64,000 bases of DNA from a virus. Shown here piece after piece: positions 8,556 through 18,823 of the stretch. The notes under the pieces were generated by a model. The model saw nothing but the letters and a program-made list of their open reading frames with translations, was not told where the DNA came from and ran no database searches. Every line of letters starts with the position of its first letter. Within the stretch, counting starts at the first letter, position 1. The stretch covers positions 130,625 to 194,624 of IMG/VR virus record IMGVR_UViG_3300042520_001767. One strand, 5' to 3'. The position numbers and the translations under genes are program-made.

Positions 8556-10795
8556 TATATTATCCCTCCATCTATTATTGTCCAATTGTTAGGTGCTGAT
8601 ATTAAAACAGCTCTAGCTGATAACGCAGCGTTTGTGTATTTAATAGTTCCAAAATTAATAACTAAATTTGGTTTAACTGGTCTAGATGCCCAACCTATTA
8701 ATAAAGAATCATAATTTGTTGTTGAGTAATCGTTAAATGTTTTCCCTTCCATAAAATTAGTAGTAGTGGTTGAAAACGAAGTTACTCCACTAACAACCCA
8801 ATTATTAATTGGTTGGTCAAAACCAGTTGCGTAATAAAAACAACTTGACATACCAGAAACTGATTTTGTATCCCATGAGTTTATTGGTTGGTTAAAATTA
8901 TTTTGGTTAAAATAAATGGAATTTATGTTAGTCACCTTACTTGTATTCCAGTTTTTAATACTATCTGAACCACCATTATTAAAACTACCATAATCAAATT
9001 TAACACCAAACATAAACGACATACTAGTAACATTTGAGGTACTCCACGCACTATATGTAACACCACTAATTGTAACTAACTTAGTTCCAATATCTTGATT
9101 GAAATTATTACAACCATAAAACATTGTTTGCATTGTTGTCACCTTACTTGTATTCCAGTTTTTAATACTATCTGAACCACCATTATTAAAACTACCAATC
9201 ATATTAAGGTTATTACTAAACATAAACGACATACTAGTAACATTTGAGGTACTCCACGCACTATATGTAACACCACTAATAGTAACCATCTTGGTTCCAA
9301 TATCTTGATTGAAATTTGGTTGACTTTGGAACATCGTTTGCATTGTTGTTACTTTACTTGTATTCCAATTTTTAATACTATCTGAACCACCATTATTAAA
9401 ACTACCATTAGTTGTAGACCCACCATTAAACATAGTTGACATATTAGTGACATTACCCACATCCCATGCACTATATGTAACACCACTAATTGTAACTAAC
9501 TTAGTTCCAATATCTTGATTGAATTTTGGTTGATTTTGAAACATTGTTTGTGTTGTTGTTACTTTACTTGTGTTCCAATTTCCAATATTTTGGTTAAAAT
9601 TACCTATATTTGTTGTTGTATTAGCAAATATAAATGCCATACTAGTGACATTAGCCACATCCCAAGCAACATATGTTACATCATTTATACTAACTAATTT
9701 AGTTGATAAATCTTGATTGAAATTTACTTGATTTTGGAACATCGTTTGTATTGTTGTTACTTTACTTGTATTCCAATTTCCAATATTTTGGTTAAAAGCA
9801 CCAAAATTCGGTCCTATAATACCAAACACAAACGCCATACTAGTAACGTTAACAACATCCCAAGCAACATATGTCATACCATTTATTGTAACTAATTTAG
9901 TTGATAAATCTTGATTGAAATTTACTTGATTATAAAAAGTACCGTACAGGGTCGTTACTTTAGTTGTGTTCCATTTACTGATATCTTGGTTAAAAAGACC
10001 ACGACCAGTTGTTATAAAAAAAGTAGCGTTAAGTGTTATAACATTACTTATATTCCAATTACTTATATCTGAATTAAAACTAATACTATCAGAAAATGTT
10101 GCGTCTAAACTTGTTATGTTTGAAACATCCCATTCATTACTTCTATTTATTGTAGTTATGGCTAAACAACCTCTAAATGAACCAGCTAGTGTTGTTGTAT
10201 CAGTTAAATTTAAAACATCACTAACATTATTTAATGTTAAATTAGCACAACCATAAAAATGTTGGTCTGTTGCACCTAATCTAAAACTATTTCCCCATTG
10301 AGTTATCGCTATTAATTTTAACCTATCACCAGTGTTAGCAAATCTCCATCCATTACATACCCCAGTTATTTTTATTTGATAAATACCAGGTAAACTATAA
10401 GTATGTGTGGTTTCAGCTTGATTCCATGAAGTTATTTTACTACTGGTTCCATCACCCCATTCAACAATAAATCTATAAGTACCTGTCGATATTAATGGTA
10501 ATCTTATTTGTGTTGCGGTTGAACTACCAGCACTGGTGTTATTAGTTAACCATGTTGATATAAAACTTTTTCCAGATTCAAACCATGGTCTTTCACCACC
10601 TAAATAACAACCAGTAGTTGCACTTATTGATTTAACAATAAGTGAAAAACTAGAATATGGTGAAACATTAACTAAAACGTTATTCACGTTCATTGTACAA
10701 CCAGACGAACCTCCAAGTATTTCAGTGTAATTTAAATCGTATAATTCACCATCTTCAGCTGGAACAACGAAACTATGTGCATTTATATTTGGCAT
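8555..10795 (-). CDS. BspA-like/DUF285 repeat surface protein with PKD-like domain (746 aa)
   Basis: Repeats FNQDI..W.TS.VT.M..MF; VEWGDG...THTY..PGIYQIKI PKD-like motif; near-identical DNA repeats at about 8.9-9.95 kb. Confidence 0.85.
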   Translation of the reverse strand: MPNINAHSFVVPAEDGELYDLNYTEILGGSSGCTMNVNNVLVNVSPYSSFSLIVKSISATTGCYLGGERPWFESGKSFISTWLTNNTSAGSSTATQIRLPLISTGTYRFIVEWGDGTSSKITSWNQAETTHTYSLPGIYQIKITGVCNGWRFANTGDRLKLIAITQWGNSFRLGATDQHFYGCANLTLNNVSDVLNLTDTTTLAGSFRGCLAITTINRSNEWDVSNITSLDATFSDSISFNSDISNWNISNVITLNATFFITTGRGLFNQDISKWNTTKVTTLYGTFYNQVNFNQDLSTKLVTINGMTYVAWDVVNVTSMAFVFGIIGPNFGAFNQNIGNWNTSKVTTIQTMFQNQVNFNQDLSTKLVSINDVTYVAWDVANVTSMAFIFANTTTNIGNFNQNIGNWNTSKVTTTQTMFQNQPKFNQDIGTKLVTISGVTYSAWDVGNVTNMSTMFNGGSTTNGSFNNGGSDSIKNWNTSKVTTMQTMFQSQPNFNQDIGTKMVTISGVTYSAWSTSNVTSMSFMFSNNLNMIGSFNNGGSDSIKNWNTSKVTTMQTMFYGCNNFNQDIGTKLVTISGVTYSAWSTSNVTSMSFMFGVKFDYGSFNNGGSDSIKNWNTSKVTNINSIYFNQNNFNQPINSWDTKSVSGMSSCFYYATGFDQPINNWVVSGVTSFSTTTTNFMEGKTFNDYSTTNYDSLLIGWASRPVKPNLVINFGTIKYTNAALSARAVLISAPNNWTIIDGGII

Positions 10796-10830
10796 TAATT
10801 TATCTTTTATAATAAATATTATAATAAAAT

Positions 10831-10860
10831 AATAAAAGCACTCAATTGAGTGCTTTTATT
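10831..10860. terminator. Perfect 30-bp palindrome, bidirectional terminator-like
   Basis: AATAAAAGCACTCAATTGAGTGCTTTTATT. Confidence 0.65.
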
Positions 10861-10870
10861 TAATTGTTGT

Positions 10871-11074
10871 TTATATTAGTTGATACCTAACCCAAATTTC
10901 TGGTTGTTCGGGTAATGTAAATATGGAATGAATAAATAATTTGGTTTTACCTAATTTACCCTTTCTTTCCAAGTAATTTTGGAAATCATTAAAATCTATA
11001 AACCTTCGGGTAAATATACTGTATTTTACGCCATCGTGTTCAAAAATGTCAGAAGTTATTTGGTTTATTTCCAT
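10871..11074 (-). CDS. Hypothetical protein (67 aa)
   Basis: ORF in operon. Confidence 0.6.
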   Translation of the reverse strand: MEINQITSDIFEHDGVKYSIFTRRFIDFNDFQNYLERKGKLGKTKLFIHSIFTLPEQPEIWVRYQLI

Positions 11075-11075
11075 A

Positions 11076-11249
11076 TTAATTTATAGTATCAATTACATAA
11101 GCCTCCGCTTTGGTTAACATATACTTAACACCATCTATTTCAACTAAAAACCTATGATAACTTGGTGAATTTTGAACATCAACATTTGATAGTTCAATTA
11201 TCACATCTTCAATACCTGTTGGGTCTAATTTTTTTATACTTATTTTCAT
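11076..11249 (-). CDS. Hypothetical protein (57 aa, not in track)
   Basis: Manual: MKISIKKLDPTGIEDV...VIDTIN; fills the gap after thyA. Confidence 0.6.
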   Translation of the reverse strand: MKISIKKLDPTGIEDVIIELSNVDVQNSPSYHRFLVEIDGVKYMLTKAEAYVIDTIN

Positions 11250-11251
11250 AA

Positions 11252-12496
11252 CTAGTTACTTAAAGGTGCCTTTATTGTCGGATGTGATTGATAACCTTCA
11301 ATTTTAAAATCATCATTATCTAAATGACCAATCAAAGATAAATCATTACCTAACTCTTTAAAGAACTCATCAGTTTTCATAAATACCAGTTTTGGTAATG
11401 GAAAAGGTTCTCTTGTTCTTTTTGGTATTTTCAAGGTATCATCAATATAACTCATACCAATACTTGTTTGATGTTTAAGGTTACCATTAATTTCTTCAGC
11501 TAAACGTACTCTTTCACTTAGCGTATACTCTCTTCCAATCTGTTCTTTTGCTTGTTCAATATGGTTTGAATACAAATGAACATCACCCAAATTACCAATC
11601 AATTCATCTGGAATCATATTAACTGATTTTGCAATGATTTCTAATAACAATCCATAAGATGCAATATTGAATGGTAAACCTAAGAATGTATCTACTGAAC
11701 GTTGATTCCACATTAATGAGATTGCTCTGGTTGGAATGTTTGCTTCATCAAAATGAAATTGTTTAAAGTTTATTGCTGTTATATGATTTTGTAATACTCT
11801 ACCTCCAATATTTGAATTTTTATAAATCTCAAATCTTTCATCGTGACTTAACTCTCTTGTATAAACTTGAAACGAAAAATGGCATGGCGGCAACGTCATT
11901 TGGTCTAATTCTCCAACATTCCAAGCATTAACCATCAAACGTCTTGAGTCTGGATTTGTTTTAAGTTCGTTGATTAGGTTTTGGATTTGGTCTATTTGTG
12001 TTTCATCATATACACCATGAAGATATTTGTGTGGTTTTATGTTTTTCACCTTTCTCCATTGCTTACCATACACGGGACCAAGTTCACCCCACTTCTTAGC
12101 AAACTCATCATCTGTTTTGATTTTGTTGATGAACTCTTCTTGCCCCGTTAAAGCAAACTTATAGAGTCTATTTGGATATTTTTCTTTAAGTTTTTTAAAC
12201 TCAGACATTTCATGCTTATGATAAGCTTTCAGAGCATCACCATTCCAAATATGACAATTATTATCAACCAAATACTTAATATTTGTATCACCTCGTAAGA
12301 ACCAAAGAAGTTCTGTTACGATTGTTTTGAATGGCATTTTTTTGGTGGTGAGTAATGGAAAATTATTACCATTAAACTTAAACCTAATAGTTCTACCAAA
12401 TACTGATAGTACCTTGCCGTTTCTAGTTTCCTTCTCAATCCCATTTTCTAATATATCCTTTAATAGGTTTGTGTAATCCTTATCTAGTTTATTCAT
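11252..12496 (-). CDS. thyA: Thymidylate synthase ThyA with insertions
   Basis: FPLLTTKK, ELLWFLRG, LGPVYGKQWR, SRRLMVNAWN, LPPCH, QRSVDTFLGLPFNIASY, GDVHLYSNH motifs. Confidence 0.97.
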   Translation of the reverse strand: MNKLDKDYTNLLKDILENGIEKETRNGKVLSVFGRTIRFKFNGNNFPLLTTKKMPFKTIVTELLWFLRGDTNIKYLVDNNCHIWNGDALKAYHKHEMSEFKKLKEKYPNRLYKFALTGQEEFINKIKTDDEFAKKWGELGPVYGKQWRKVKNIKPHKYLHGVYDETQIDQIQNLINELKTNPDSRRLMVNAWNVGELDQMTLPPCHFSFQVYTRELSHDERFEIYKNSNIGGRVLQNHITAINFKQFHFDEANIPTRAISLMWNQRSVDTFLGLPFNIASYGLLLEIIAKSVNMIPDELIGNLGDVHLYSNHIEQAKEQIGREYTLSERVRLAEEINGNLKHQTSIGMSYIDDTLKIPKRTREPFPLPKLVFMKTDEFFKELGNDLSLIGHLDNDDFKIEGYQSHPTIKAPLSN

Positions 12497-12956
12497 TTAC
12501 AATTTCTGTTTTTTTAGTTGTTATTTTTTCAAATGTTGAAATCTTGCCTTTCAATTCACTCAATGAAGTTGTAGTTATGTTACCATTTTTAAAATAGTCA
12601 CTGATGATATCGCTCATCGTTTGTAGTATTTCTTTTGTTGCAGAATCTGGTGTGATTTCATCTTCAGTTTCAACTTTCAAATCAGCAACTTCTTTTAAAA
12701 TTTCAGTTGTGTCAATTTTATCCAATTTACTACTAGTATATTTTTTAATGTTTGTGTTTAATACAGAACCTTGACTATCAGCAGTTTCAAAACGCATGTA
12801 ATCAGTTTTTGCGACATCAGTATATTTGTACTGACCACCATGGTTAAAGATAATTGTTAATTCGTTTGTAATATTGTTGTACACTGAAGCACAAATGTTT
12901 GATGAAGAATAAATCGCTTTAATTATACCATCCTTTTCTTTTCTTTTTAAAATCAT
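12489..12956 (-). CDS. KTSC-domain protein
   Basis: SSNI...Y......LTI.F..G..Y.Y..V...Y..F..A.S.G pattern. Confidence 0.7.
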   Translation of the reverse strand: MILKRKEKDGIIKAIYSSSNICASVYNNITNELTIIFNHGGQYKYTDVAKTDYMRFETADSQGSVLNTNIKKYTSSKLDKIDTTEILKEVADLKVETEDEITPDSATKEILQTMSDIISDYFKNGNITTTSLSELKGKISTFEKITTKKTEIVNE

Positions 12957-12977
12957 TTTTCTTTTTTATTTATGTTA

Positions 12978-13220
12978 TTATAATTTACTATAAGTTTTAT
13001 AAGCACTTATTTCACTTAAATGAAATATTTCACCAATTTCATTAACGTGTTCCAGTGTTTTACCGTATCGTTTAGTTGTTATCACAAAATAATCACCAGT
13101 AATAACTAAACTAGCATCTAAAAATTGCAATTTAGTCAAAGAAGGTGATTGTGTATCGTTAATTCTATTTTTAAATAATACTTCAATCTTTGCAAATATT
13201 GTTTCGTCATTTGTTTTCAT
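12978..13220 (-). CDS. Hypothetical protein (80 aa)
   Basis: ORF. Confidence 0.65.
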   Translation of the reverse strand: MKTNDETIFAKIEVLFKNRINDTQSPSLTKLQFLDASLVITGDYFVITTKRYGKTLEHVNEIGEIFHLSEISAYKTYSKL

Positions 13221-13326
13221 ACTTTACTTTTTTATTCAAAAATACTAATATTTATTTTAAAAATCAATGTTGCATTGATAAATAATTTTTAGTACATTTG
13301 CTAAATAAACTTTAAAACAAAATTAT

Positions 13327-14145
13327 ATGAATAGAGAGATTTATCCAAAAGTTAAAATAATTATGACGAATTCAATTAAAGAAGCCAAAAACTTTGATGA
13401 TGTAAAAGTTAGACCAGAACATATTATTTTATCTATGTTATTAGATGACGATAATGAATGTGTGAAAACACTTAAAAAACTAAAAATAGATACTACAGAA
13501 CTTTATGATAAATTATCTGATTACGTTAGAAAAAATGATTTAACACCTAGAGCGTATACCTCAGTAAAACGAACACTACCTTTTTCTGAAGAAACCAAAT
13601 CAATAATAGCTAAAGGTGTTGATAAAGAATGTGAAGGGTTAAATGATACCATGATTGACACAACACATATCATGTTAGCTATTTTAATAACTAAACAACC
13701 AGTTGTTGATTTTTTAAATTCTGTAGGGGTGAATTATAATTTATTTAAAATAACTATGATAGGAAACAAACCAGAAGACATCAAAAACGGTGCATTAGGT
13801 GATGACATGAATGAAGAAAATGATTCATTCAAAAAGAAACAAAAACCAATCGACCCAAAAAGTAAAACACCAGTTCTGGATAATTTCTGTAGAGACGTGT
13901 CTAAAGCTGTTGAAAAAGGGGAGATTGACCCAGTTGTTGGTAGAACTACCGAAATAAAACGTGTTTCTCAAATCCTTTCTAGAAGAAAGAAAAATAACCC
14001 AATCCTTATCGGTGAACCAGGTGTTGGTAAATGTTTTATTGGTGATACTCAGGTAGTTATGAGGAATGATTTAACTGGTGAAGTTTTTAAAGCTACTATA
14101 AATGAATTCCTAAAAACGTTTACCGATACCGAAACAACAAATTAA
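13327..14145 (+). CDS. clpC: ClpC-type AAA+ chaperone, N-terminal fragment fused to a 37-aa split-intein N part
   Basis: Clp-N repeats, DPVVGR.EI....QILSRRKKNNPILIGEPGVGK followed by CFIGDTQV... and a stop. Confidence 0.92.
   Translation: MNREIYPKVKIIMTNSIKEAKNFDDVKVRPEHIILSMLLDDDNECVKTLKKLKIDTTELYDKLSDYVRKNDLTPRAYTSVKRTLPFSEETKSIIAKGVDKECEGLNDTMIDTTHIMLAILITKQPVVDFLNSVGVNYNLFKITMIGNKPEDIKNGALGDDMNEENDSFKKKQKPIDPKSKTPVLDNFCRDVSKAVEKGEIDPVVGRTTEIKRVSQILSRRKKNNPILIGEPGVGKCFIGDTQVVMRNDLTGEVFKATINEFLKTFTDTETTN
14032..14142 (+). mobile_element. Split intein N-fragment (37 aa)
   Basis: Block A CFIGDTQVVM directly after Walker A Lys. Confidence 0.88.
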
Positions 14146-14206
14146 ACAATTATTATTTATCTTTCTTGTAAATTCTTTATATTTATAAGAAAGATAAATT
14201 TAAAAT

Positions 14207-15640
14207 ATGAAAATAAAATATAAAAAAAATGGTAATTTTGAAATAGAGTTTACTGATTATTTCAAAACTATTGATGATTTAAAAGAATTTATTAAAAAAA
14301 ATAATAAGTTTGTTAATGTTGAAAACATAGAATTAAAAATAATAAATGTATATAACGAATTAGCTAATTTAGATGTTAGTATTAAATCTAGTATTTTAGG
14401 TTGGACAGTTATTAAACAATTTAAATTTAAATATGTTAGACCAAACAATATTAATTTCTGGTTAGAAAGGGGTTATGGTATTGATGAATTTAATCAATAT
14501 AATAATTCATTAATTAATGAATTATGCGATATAAATAACAATAAATTCAAATTTAATAATTTTAAATTTGAAATGATTGGTATACCTAAATGTAAACTTT
14601 GTGGGTCTAATTTAAAAATAGAACCATCTATTGGTCGTTATAATATTATTTGTTGTTTGAACAGTGAGTGTGATACTAATAAACATAAAGAAATTGAATC
14701 AATTAGTCATTTAAGTTTTTTACCTATTGATATGTTTTTGAATAAAAATAAACGAATAAATATAACTAGCAAAATTAATAAAGAATATTGGTTATTGAAT
14801 GGTTATACATATCTTGATTCAATCAATAAAGTTAAGGAAATAAAGAATAATTTAAAATTAGTAAATGTTAATAGTTTTGAGTATTACAAAACAACAACAG
14901 ATAAAACAGATGATGAGATAAGAAAAACAATCAAAGAGATGTCATCATTATGTGTTGAATATTGGTTAGAAAAAGATATAACATTAGAAGAGGCTAAAAA
15001 TAAAATATCTAACTTACAAAAAATAAATTCAAATAAAATAATCAAAAAAAGAAAAGAAAATCCAGAACAATATTCAGCAACAACTCAAACACAAATTGGT
15101 TATTGGTTGAATAAGGGTTTTAGTGAAGAAGAAAGTAAAATAAAATTATCTGAAAGACAAACAACTTTTAGTCTTGAAAAATGTATTCAAAAATATGGTG
15201 AAACAAATGGTTTAAAAAGATTTAATGAAAGACAAAAAAAATGGTTATTGAACAATAAAAGAAACAATTTCTCTAAAATATCACAAGATTTATTTTGGGA
15301 TATTTTAGAATCGGATAAATCAATAAGTGATAATGAGATATATTTTGCGACATATAATAATGGTGAAAAAAACAATAGTGGGAAAAATCATGAATATCGA
15401 TTAGACGTAATTGAAAGTTATATACTACCAGATTTTTTTGATAAAACAACTGGGAGAATAATCGAATTTGATGGAACTTATTATCATAGGTTAACTCCAG
15501 AAAATTCATTAAGAGAGGAAAAAAGAGATAAAATGATAATTAAATCTGGTTATGAAGTGTTACATATTAGTGAATTAGATTATAAAAATAATAAACAAGA
15601 AATAATAGACAAATGTGTTGCGTTTCTAAATAAAAAATAA
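14207..15640 (+). CDS. Free-standing putative homing endonuclease (Vsr/DUF559-like PD-(D/E)XK C-terminus)
   Basis: C-terminal PDFF...IIEFDGTYYH...RD..I...GY.VLHI.E; repeated YWL.KG motifs; lies between the intein halves. Confidence 0.75.
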   Translation: MKIKYKKNGNFEIEFTDYFKTIDDLKEFIKKNNKFVNVENIELKIINVYNELANLDVSIKSSILGWTVIKQFKFKYVRPNNINFWLERGYGIDEFNQYNNSLINELCDINNNKFKFNNFKFEMIGIPKCKLCGSNLKIEPSIGRYNIICCLNSECDTNKHKEIESISHLSFLPIDMFLNKNKRINITSKINKEYWLLNGYTYLDSINKVKEIKNNLKLVNVNSFEYYKTTTDKTDDEIRKTIKEMSSLCVEYWLEKDITLEEAKNKISNLQKINSNKIIKKRKENPEQYSATTQTQIGYWLNKGFSEEESKIKLSERQTTFSLEKCIQKYGETNGLKRFNERQKKWLLNNKRNNFSKISQDLFWDILESDKSISDNEIYFATYNNGEKNNSGKNHEYRLDVIESYILPDFFDKTTGRIIEFDGTYYHRLTPENSLREEKRDKMIIKSGYEVLHISELDYKNNKQEIIDKCVAFLNKK

Positions 15641-15671
15641 TAACTTTACAAAAATAAAAATAAAAATAAAT

Positions 15672-16076
15672 ATGATTAACGAATTTAAAAAAATAACAAA
15701 ATCATTTGATATGAGTGATTTTAGTATCTTAACTGATACTGGTTTTGAAAAATTAGAAAAATTACATGAAACAATTCCATATGATGTATATCATCTTAAA
15801 TTGGCTGATGGTAAAGAATTAAAATGTGCTGATAATCATATCGTATTTATTCAAGAATATGATGAATCAACAATGGAACCAATCTTTTTAAAAGAAATTT
15901 TTGTTAAAGATTTACCTAAACATTCATTTATTATGGTGTCTGATGATAATGGTAATTTAAGTGAATCTGAAGTTGTTGAAATAACCAATTTAGGTTATGA
16001 AGAAATCATGTATGATTTTGAATTAACTGAATCATCAAATAGACGTTATTTCACAAACGGAATTTTATCACATAAT
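15672..16076 (+). mobile_element. Split intein C-fragment (135 aa)
   Basis: Contains blocks B, F and G and ends His-Asn before Thr. Confidence 0.88.
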
Positions 16077-17882
16077 ACATCTATCGTTGAAGGTTTGGCT
16101 CAAATAATACACGAAGGTAACGCACCTAGAACACTTATTGGTAAACGTATCTATGCGTTAGACTTATCTAGCATTGTTGCTGGTACAAAATACCGTGGAC
16201 AATTTGAAGAAAGAATGAAAGCAATTCTAGAAGAATGTAAAGCTAACCCAGATATCGTATTATTTATCGATGAATTACATACAATCATTGGTGCTGGTAA
16301 CGCTTCTGGTTCTCTGGATGCTGCAAACATCTTCAAACCAGCATTGGCTCGTGGAGAACTTCAAGTAATTGGTGCAACAACACTTGATGAATACAGAGAA
16401 AATATTGAAAAAGATGGTGCTCTAGTTAGACGTTTTCAACAAGTGCTTATTGAAGAACCAACATTAGACGAAACAAAAATTATTCTTAATAATATCAAAG
16501 AAAAATACGAGAAACATCATAGAGTTAAATATACTGACGAAGCTATTGAAGAATGTGTTAAATTATCAGCTAGATATATAATGGATAGAAGTATGCCAGA
16601 TAAAGCTATTGATGTTTTAGATGAAGCTGGTGCAACAACTAATATTAGTGTTGAAAAACCAGATAATATCAAAGAATTAGAGAATAAAAGAACTGAAATT
16701 AATGAAAAGAAAAAAGAAGTAGTTGTTAAACAGAAATACGAAGAAGCAGCAAAGCTTCGTGATGAAGAGAAAAAGGTTACAATTGAGTTAGAAAAAGCGA
16801 TGACTGATTGGCAATCTAAATTAGATAATAACGTTACTACCGTAGGTGTTGAAATAATTTCAGAGGTTGTATCTATGATGACTGGAATCCCTCTAACGAA
16901 AATATCTACTCAAGAGACAAAAAGACTTATGAGTTTGGATAAAGAACTCATGGGTAAAGTTATTGGACAAGACGATGCAGTTGCCAAGGTTGTAAAAGCA
17001 ATAAAACGTAATCGTATTGGAATCAAAGATAAAAATAAACCTGTAGGTAGCTTTATTTTCCTAGGTCAAACAGGTGTGGGTAAAACGCTGTTAGCCAAGC
17101 TTTTAGCTGAACAAGTATATGGAGATTCTGATTCATTAGTAAGAATGGACATGTCTGAATATATGGAGAAACATTCTGTATCAAGACTTATTGGTCCACC
17201 TCCTGGGTATGTTGGGTATGACCAAGGTGGTCAATTAACTGAGAAAGTTAGACGTAAACCACATTGTGTTATTTTATTTGATGAGATTGAAAAAGCACAT
17301 GACGATGTATTTAACTTGTTATTACAGTTATTAGATGAAGGTATGCTTACAGATGGTCTGGGTCGTAAAGTTAATTTCAAAAACACTCTTATCATTCTAA
17401 CATCAAATATTGGTGTTAGAGAAGTTAACACTTTTGGTAAAACTATGGGTTTCGAAACAGCTGAAAGTATTGTAAATGAAGAAAACAGAGCTCGTTCAAT
17501 TATTGAAAAAGCTTTGAAGAAAAAATTCAAACCAGAATTCCTAAACCGTATTGATGAAGCAATTGTATTTAGAAGTTTAACTGAAGAAGATATACATAAA
17601 ATCATCTATTTAGAAATTGAAAGCTTACAAAAACGTGTAATTGAAATGGGGTATAACCTAACAGTAACAAAAGAAGCTATTGAATTTTTAGGTAAACAAG
17701 GTTATGATGAAGCTTATGGTGCTAGACCACTAGCCAGAGCTATCCAACATTATGTTGAAGATAAAGTAGCTGATGAGATACTAAACGAAAACATAAAAGA
17801 AGGTGAAACGATAGAAGTTTCATTCGATACTAAAAACGAAGAATTGGTTATTAAACCAATTAAAACTAAAAAAATTAAATAA
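15672..17882 (+). CDS. clpC: Split-intein C part (135 aa) fused to ClpC C-terminal fragment
   Basis: CADNH block B, YFTNGILSHN|TSIVEGLA, LFIDELH, second Walker A GQTGVGKT, FDEIEKAH, YGARPL. Confidence 0.93.
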   Translation: MINEFKKITKSFDMSDFSILTDTGFEKLEKLHETIPYDVYHLKLADGKELKCADNHIVFIQEYDESTMEPIFLKEIFVKDLPKHSFIMVSDDNGNLSESEVVEITNLGYEEIMYDFELTESSNRRYFTNGILSHNTSIVEGLAQIIHEGNAPRTLIGKRIYALDLSSIVAGTKYRGQFEERMKAILEECKANPDIVLFIDELHTIIGAGNASGSLDAANIFKPALARGELQVIGATTLDEYRENIEKDGALVRRFQQVLIEEPTLDETKIILNNIKEKYEKHHRVKYTDEAIEECVKLSARYIMDRSMPDKAIDVLDEAGATTNISVEKPDNIKELENKRTEINEKKKEVVVKQKYEEAAKLRDEEKKVTIELEKAMTDWQSKLDNNVTTVGVEIISEVVSMMTGIPLTKISTQETKRLMSLDKELMGKVIGQDDAVAKVVKAIKRNRIGIKDKNKPVGSFIFLGQTGVGKTLLAKLLAEQVYGDSDSLVRMDMSEYMEKHSVSRLIGPPPGYVGYDQGGQLTEKVRRKPHCVILFDEIEKAHDDVFNLLLQLLDEGMLTDGLGRKVNFKNTLIILTSNIGVREVNTFGKTMGFETAESIVNEENRARSIIEKALKKKFKPEFLNRIDEAIVFRSLTEEDIHKIIYLEIESLQKRVIEMGYNLTVTKEAIEFLGKQGYDEAYGARPLARAIQHYVEDKVADEILNENIKEGETIEVSFDTKNEELVIKPIKTKKIK

Positions 17883-17884
17883 AT

Positions 17885-17915
17885 AAAAAATCCCACAATT
17901 TTTGTGGGATTTTTT
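17885..17915. terminator. Intrinsic terminator after clpC
   Basis: AAAAAATCCCACAA-TTT-TTGTGGGATTTTTT. Confidence 0.75.
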
Positions 17916-17929
17916 TATATTTATAATAT

Positions 17930-18823
17930 ATGATAAAGAAACAATTATTAGAAAAATATGGTGAATATTTGGACCAATTAGATATTAGTGAAAATAAAAC
18001 TAGTATAAAATTATCTATGATTAAAGTTAAACAAGAATATAGGTACAATAAAAATAATTATGGTAATAACCTTAAAATAGGTTCTAAAATTATGTTTGAT
18101 TTAATCAATTATGCTGATGATAATAAACAAATAGTTACTTTAACACCAGATAATGTAGATGGTGTTGGTGTAAATACATTAATACAATTTTATAAAAAAT
18201 TTGGTTTTAAAATGAATAAAGGTTATAATAAAAATTTTGAATATAGTGATACAATGATTCGCTACCCAAAATTACAAGGCATGCGTGAAAATATGAAAAT
18301 AAGAATAAAATCACTTCTTAGGGAAGCGTTAGATAAAACAATTACATGTAATAAATGTGGTTGGAAATGGAAACTTAAAGATGGTGGCGATGACCCTTAC
18401 GTTTGTCATAAATGTCACCCTGAGAATATAACAAAAGAATCGATTAATGAGGCTTTACTAACTAGGGATAAAAAACACATTAAATCTGTTGCTGATTTTG
18501 TAAATTTTGCAAAAGAAAATTTAGGTATTGATGATGATATTAAAGTTGAATTGGCTTTTGAAAGAACCTCAGACTTAAAAACAACAGCTTATTATGACGC
18601 TGCTAATAACAAAGTAAAGGTTTATGTTAAAAATAGAGCTATTGTTGATATAATCAGAAGTTTGGCGCACGAACTTGTCCATCACAAACAAAATATAGAA
18701 GGGAGAATAACAAACACAGAAATCGATGGAGCTGATGGTAGCGATATAGAAAACGAAGCGAATGCAGTTGCGGGTATACTAATAAGAAAATGGGGTAGAC
18801 TCCACACAGAAATATATGATTAA
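17930..18823 (+). CDS. Multidomain protein: GNAT-like + Zn ribbon + zincin-like HExxH domain
   Basis: IGSKIM..LI.YAD...LIQFYKKFGF; CNKC...CHKC; RSLAHELVHHKQ. Confidence 0.6.
   Translation: MIKKQLLEKYGEYLDQLDISENKTSIKLSMIKVKQEYRYNKNNYGNNLKIGSKIMFDLINYADDNKQIVTLTPDNVDGVGVNTLIQFYKKFGFKMNKGYNKNFEYSDTMIRYPKLQGMRENMKIRIKSLLREALDKTITCNKCGWKWKLKDGGDDPYVCHKCHPENITKESINEALLTRDKKHIKSVADFVNFAKENLGIDDDIKVELAFERTSDLKTTAYYDAANNKVKVYVKNRAIVDIIRSLAHELVHHKQNIEGRITNTEIDGADGSDIENEANAVAGILIRKWGRLHTEIYD

Noticed and set aside
13327-17882. clpC as a pseudogene or assembly break
   Set aside because: Both halves are intact, with complementary intein blocks and a complete endonuclease ORF between them.
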